Positions 63,701-64,000 of a stretch of DNA of 64,000 bases are shown here, piece by piece. The position numbers were made by a program, and so were the translations under genes. The notes under the pieces were generated by a model. It worked only from the letters and a program-made list of their open reading frames with translations. It searched no databases and was not told where the DNA came from. How positions within the stretch are numbered: position 1 is the first letter of the stretch; every line of letters begins with the position of its first letter. This DNA is from a virus (taxonomy: Duplodnaviria; Heunggongvirae; Uroviricota; Caudoviricetes): the IMG/VR virus record IMGVR_UViG_3300028805_000044; one strand, written 5' to 3'.

Positions 63701-64000
63701 ATTTTAGCAATAGATCCAGGCTCTTTAGCCTTTATAAAGAATATAGCTCCAGATTCAGCATCATACTATAAGTCAGGACGTATAAAATTCTTAGTATTAG
63801 GTATTTTACTAACTTGTTCAGATATTGATTCTAAATACTTAGAAAGCTATGGATTATAACTAAATCCTTCTTCATCAGCTTTTGCATATTTTTCAAGTAT
63901 TCTCTGAACTTTACCTAGATTAGAAAGTCTTAACTGTTGATTATTTATTGTTAATAATTCATAAGAATCAGCTTCATACATTTCCTTTATAAGTCCCTAT
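60733..64000 (-). CDS. giant late protein C (more than 1089 codons, 5' end beyond window), TAG-recoded
   Basis: One frame (mod 3 = 1) ends at TGA 60733-60735. In-frame TAG at 60817, 61216, 61906, 62599, 62914, 63055, 63274 and upstream. No TAA/TGA in the translated stretches. Confidence 0.65.

Noticed and set aside
1-64000. CRISPR arrays, rRNA, tRNA (including the expected TAG-suppressor tRNA)
   Set aside because: No direct-repeat/spacer arrays were seen. No tRNA-like cloverleaf was found in the intergenic regions inspected (5505-5911, 22480-22703, 47095-47349). A suppressor tRNA is presumably elsewhere in the genome.

Overview
This window looks like a 64-kb piece of a tailed dsDNA phage genome with about 33% GC. 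Gene starts are A/U-rich with mostly no Shine-Dalgarno sequence, and one promoter fits TTG-N20-TAnnTTTG; both point to a Bacteroidota host, probably a crAss-like phage. Positions 1-53523 are a densely packed plus-strand block in the standard genetic code. It begins with many small early ORFs and continues with a replication and nucleotide-metabolism module, followed by a contiguous NAD+ salvage cluster. The replication and nucleotide-metabolism genes include an SF2 helicase, a DnaB-like helicase, a Toprim primase, a Dda-like SF1 helicase, PolA with proofreading exonuclease, an ATP-dependent DNA ligase, anaerobic RNR NrdD plus NrdG, dUTPase, ThyX, a dNMP kinase and a 5'-deoxynucleotidase. The block also carries an RNA-repair pair (Rnl2-like RNA ligase and Pnkp) and a complete sigma-70 homolog. 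The NAD+ cluster comprises PncA, an ADP-ribosylglycohydrolase, PncB, NadE, NadD and a Nudix hydrolase. Two plus-strand genes, an SPFH/band-7 lipoprotein and a P-loop ATPase, are each interrupted by about 1 kb elements carrying a homing endonuclease (HNH and LAGLIDADG respectively). These look like self-splicing introns. A convergent hairpin terminator at about 53.53 kb separates this block from a minus-strand late block (53565-64000). The 17 ORF fragments the six-frame track reports there collapse into three very large genes: about 1552 codons, about 837 codons and more than 1089 codons (this last one runs off the window). These three genes are interrupted only by in-frame TAG codons and end on TAA or TGA with overlapping start/stop coupling. 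The late genes are therefore written in a TAG-reassigned code while the early/replication strand uses the standard code. No tRNA, rRNA or CRISPR array was found in the window.
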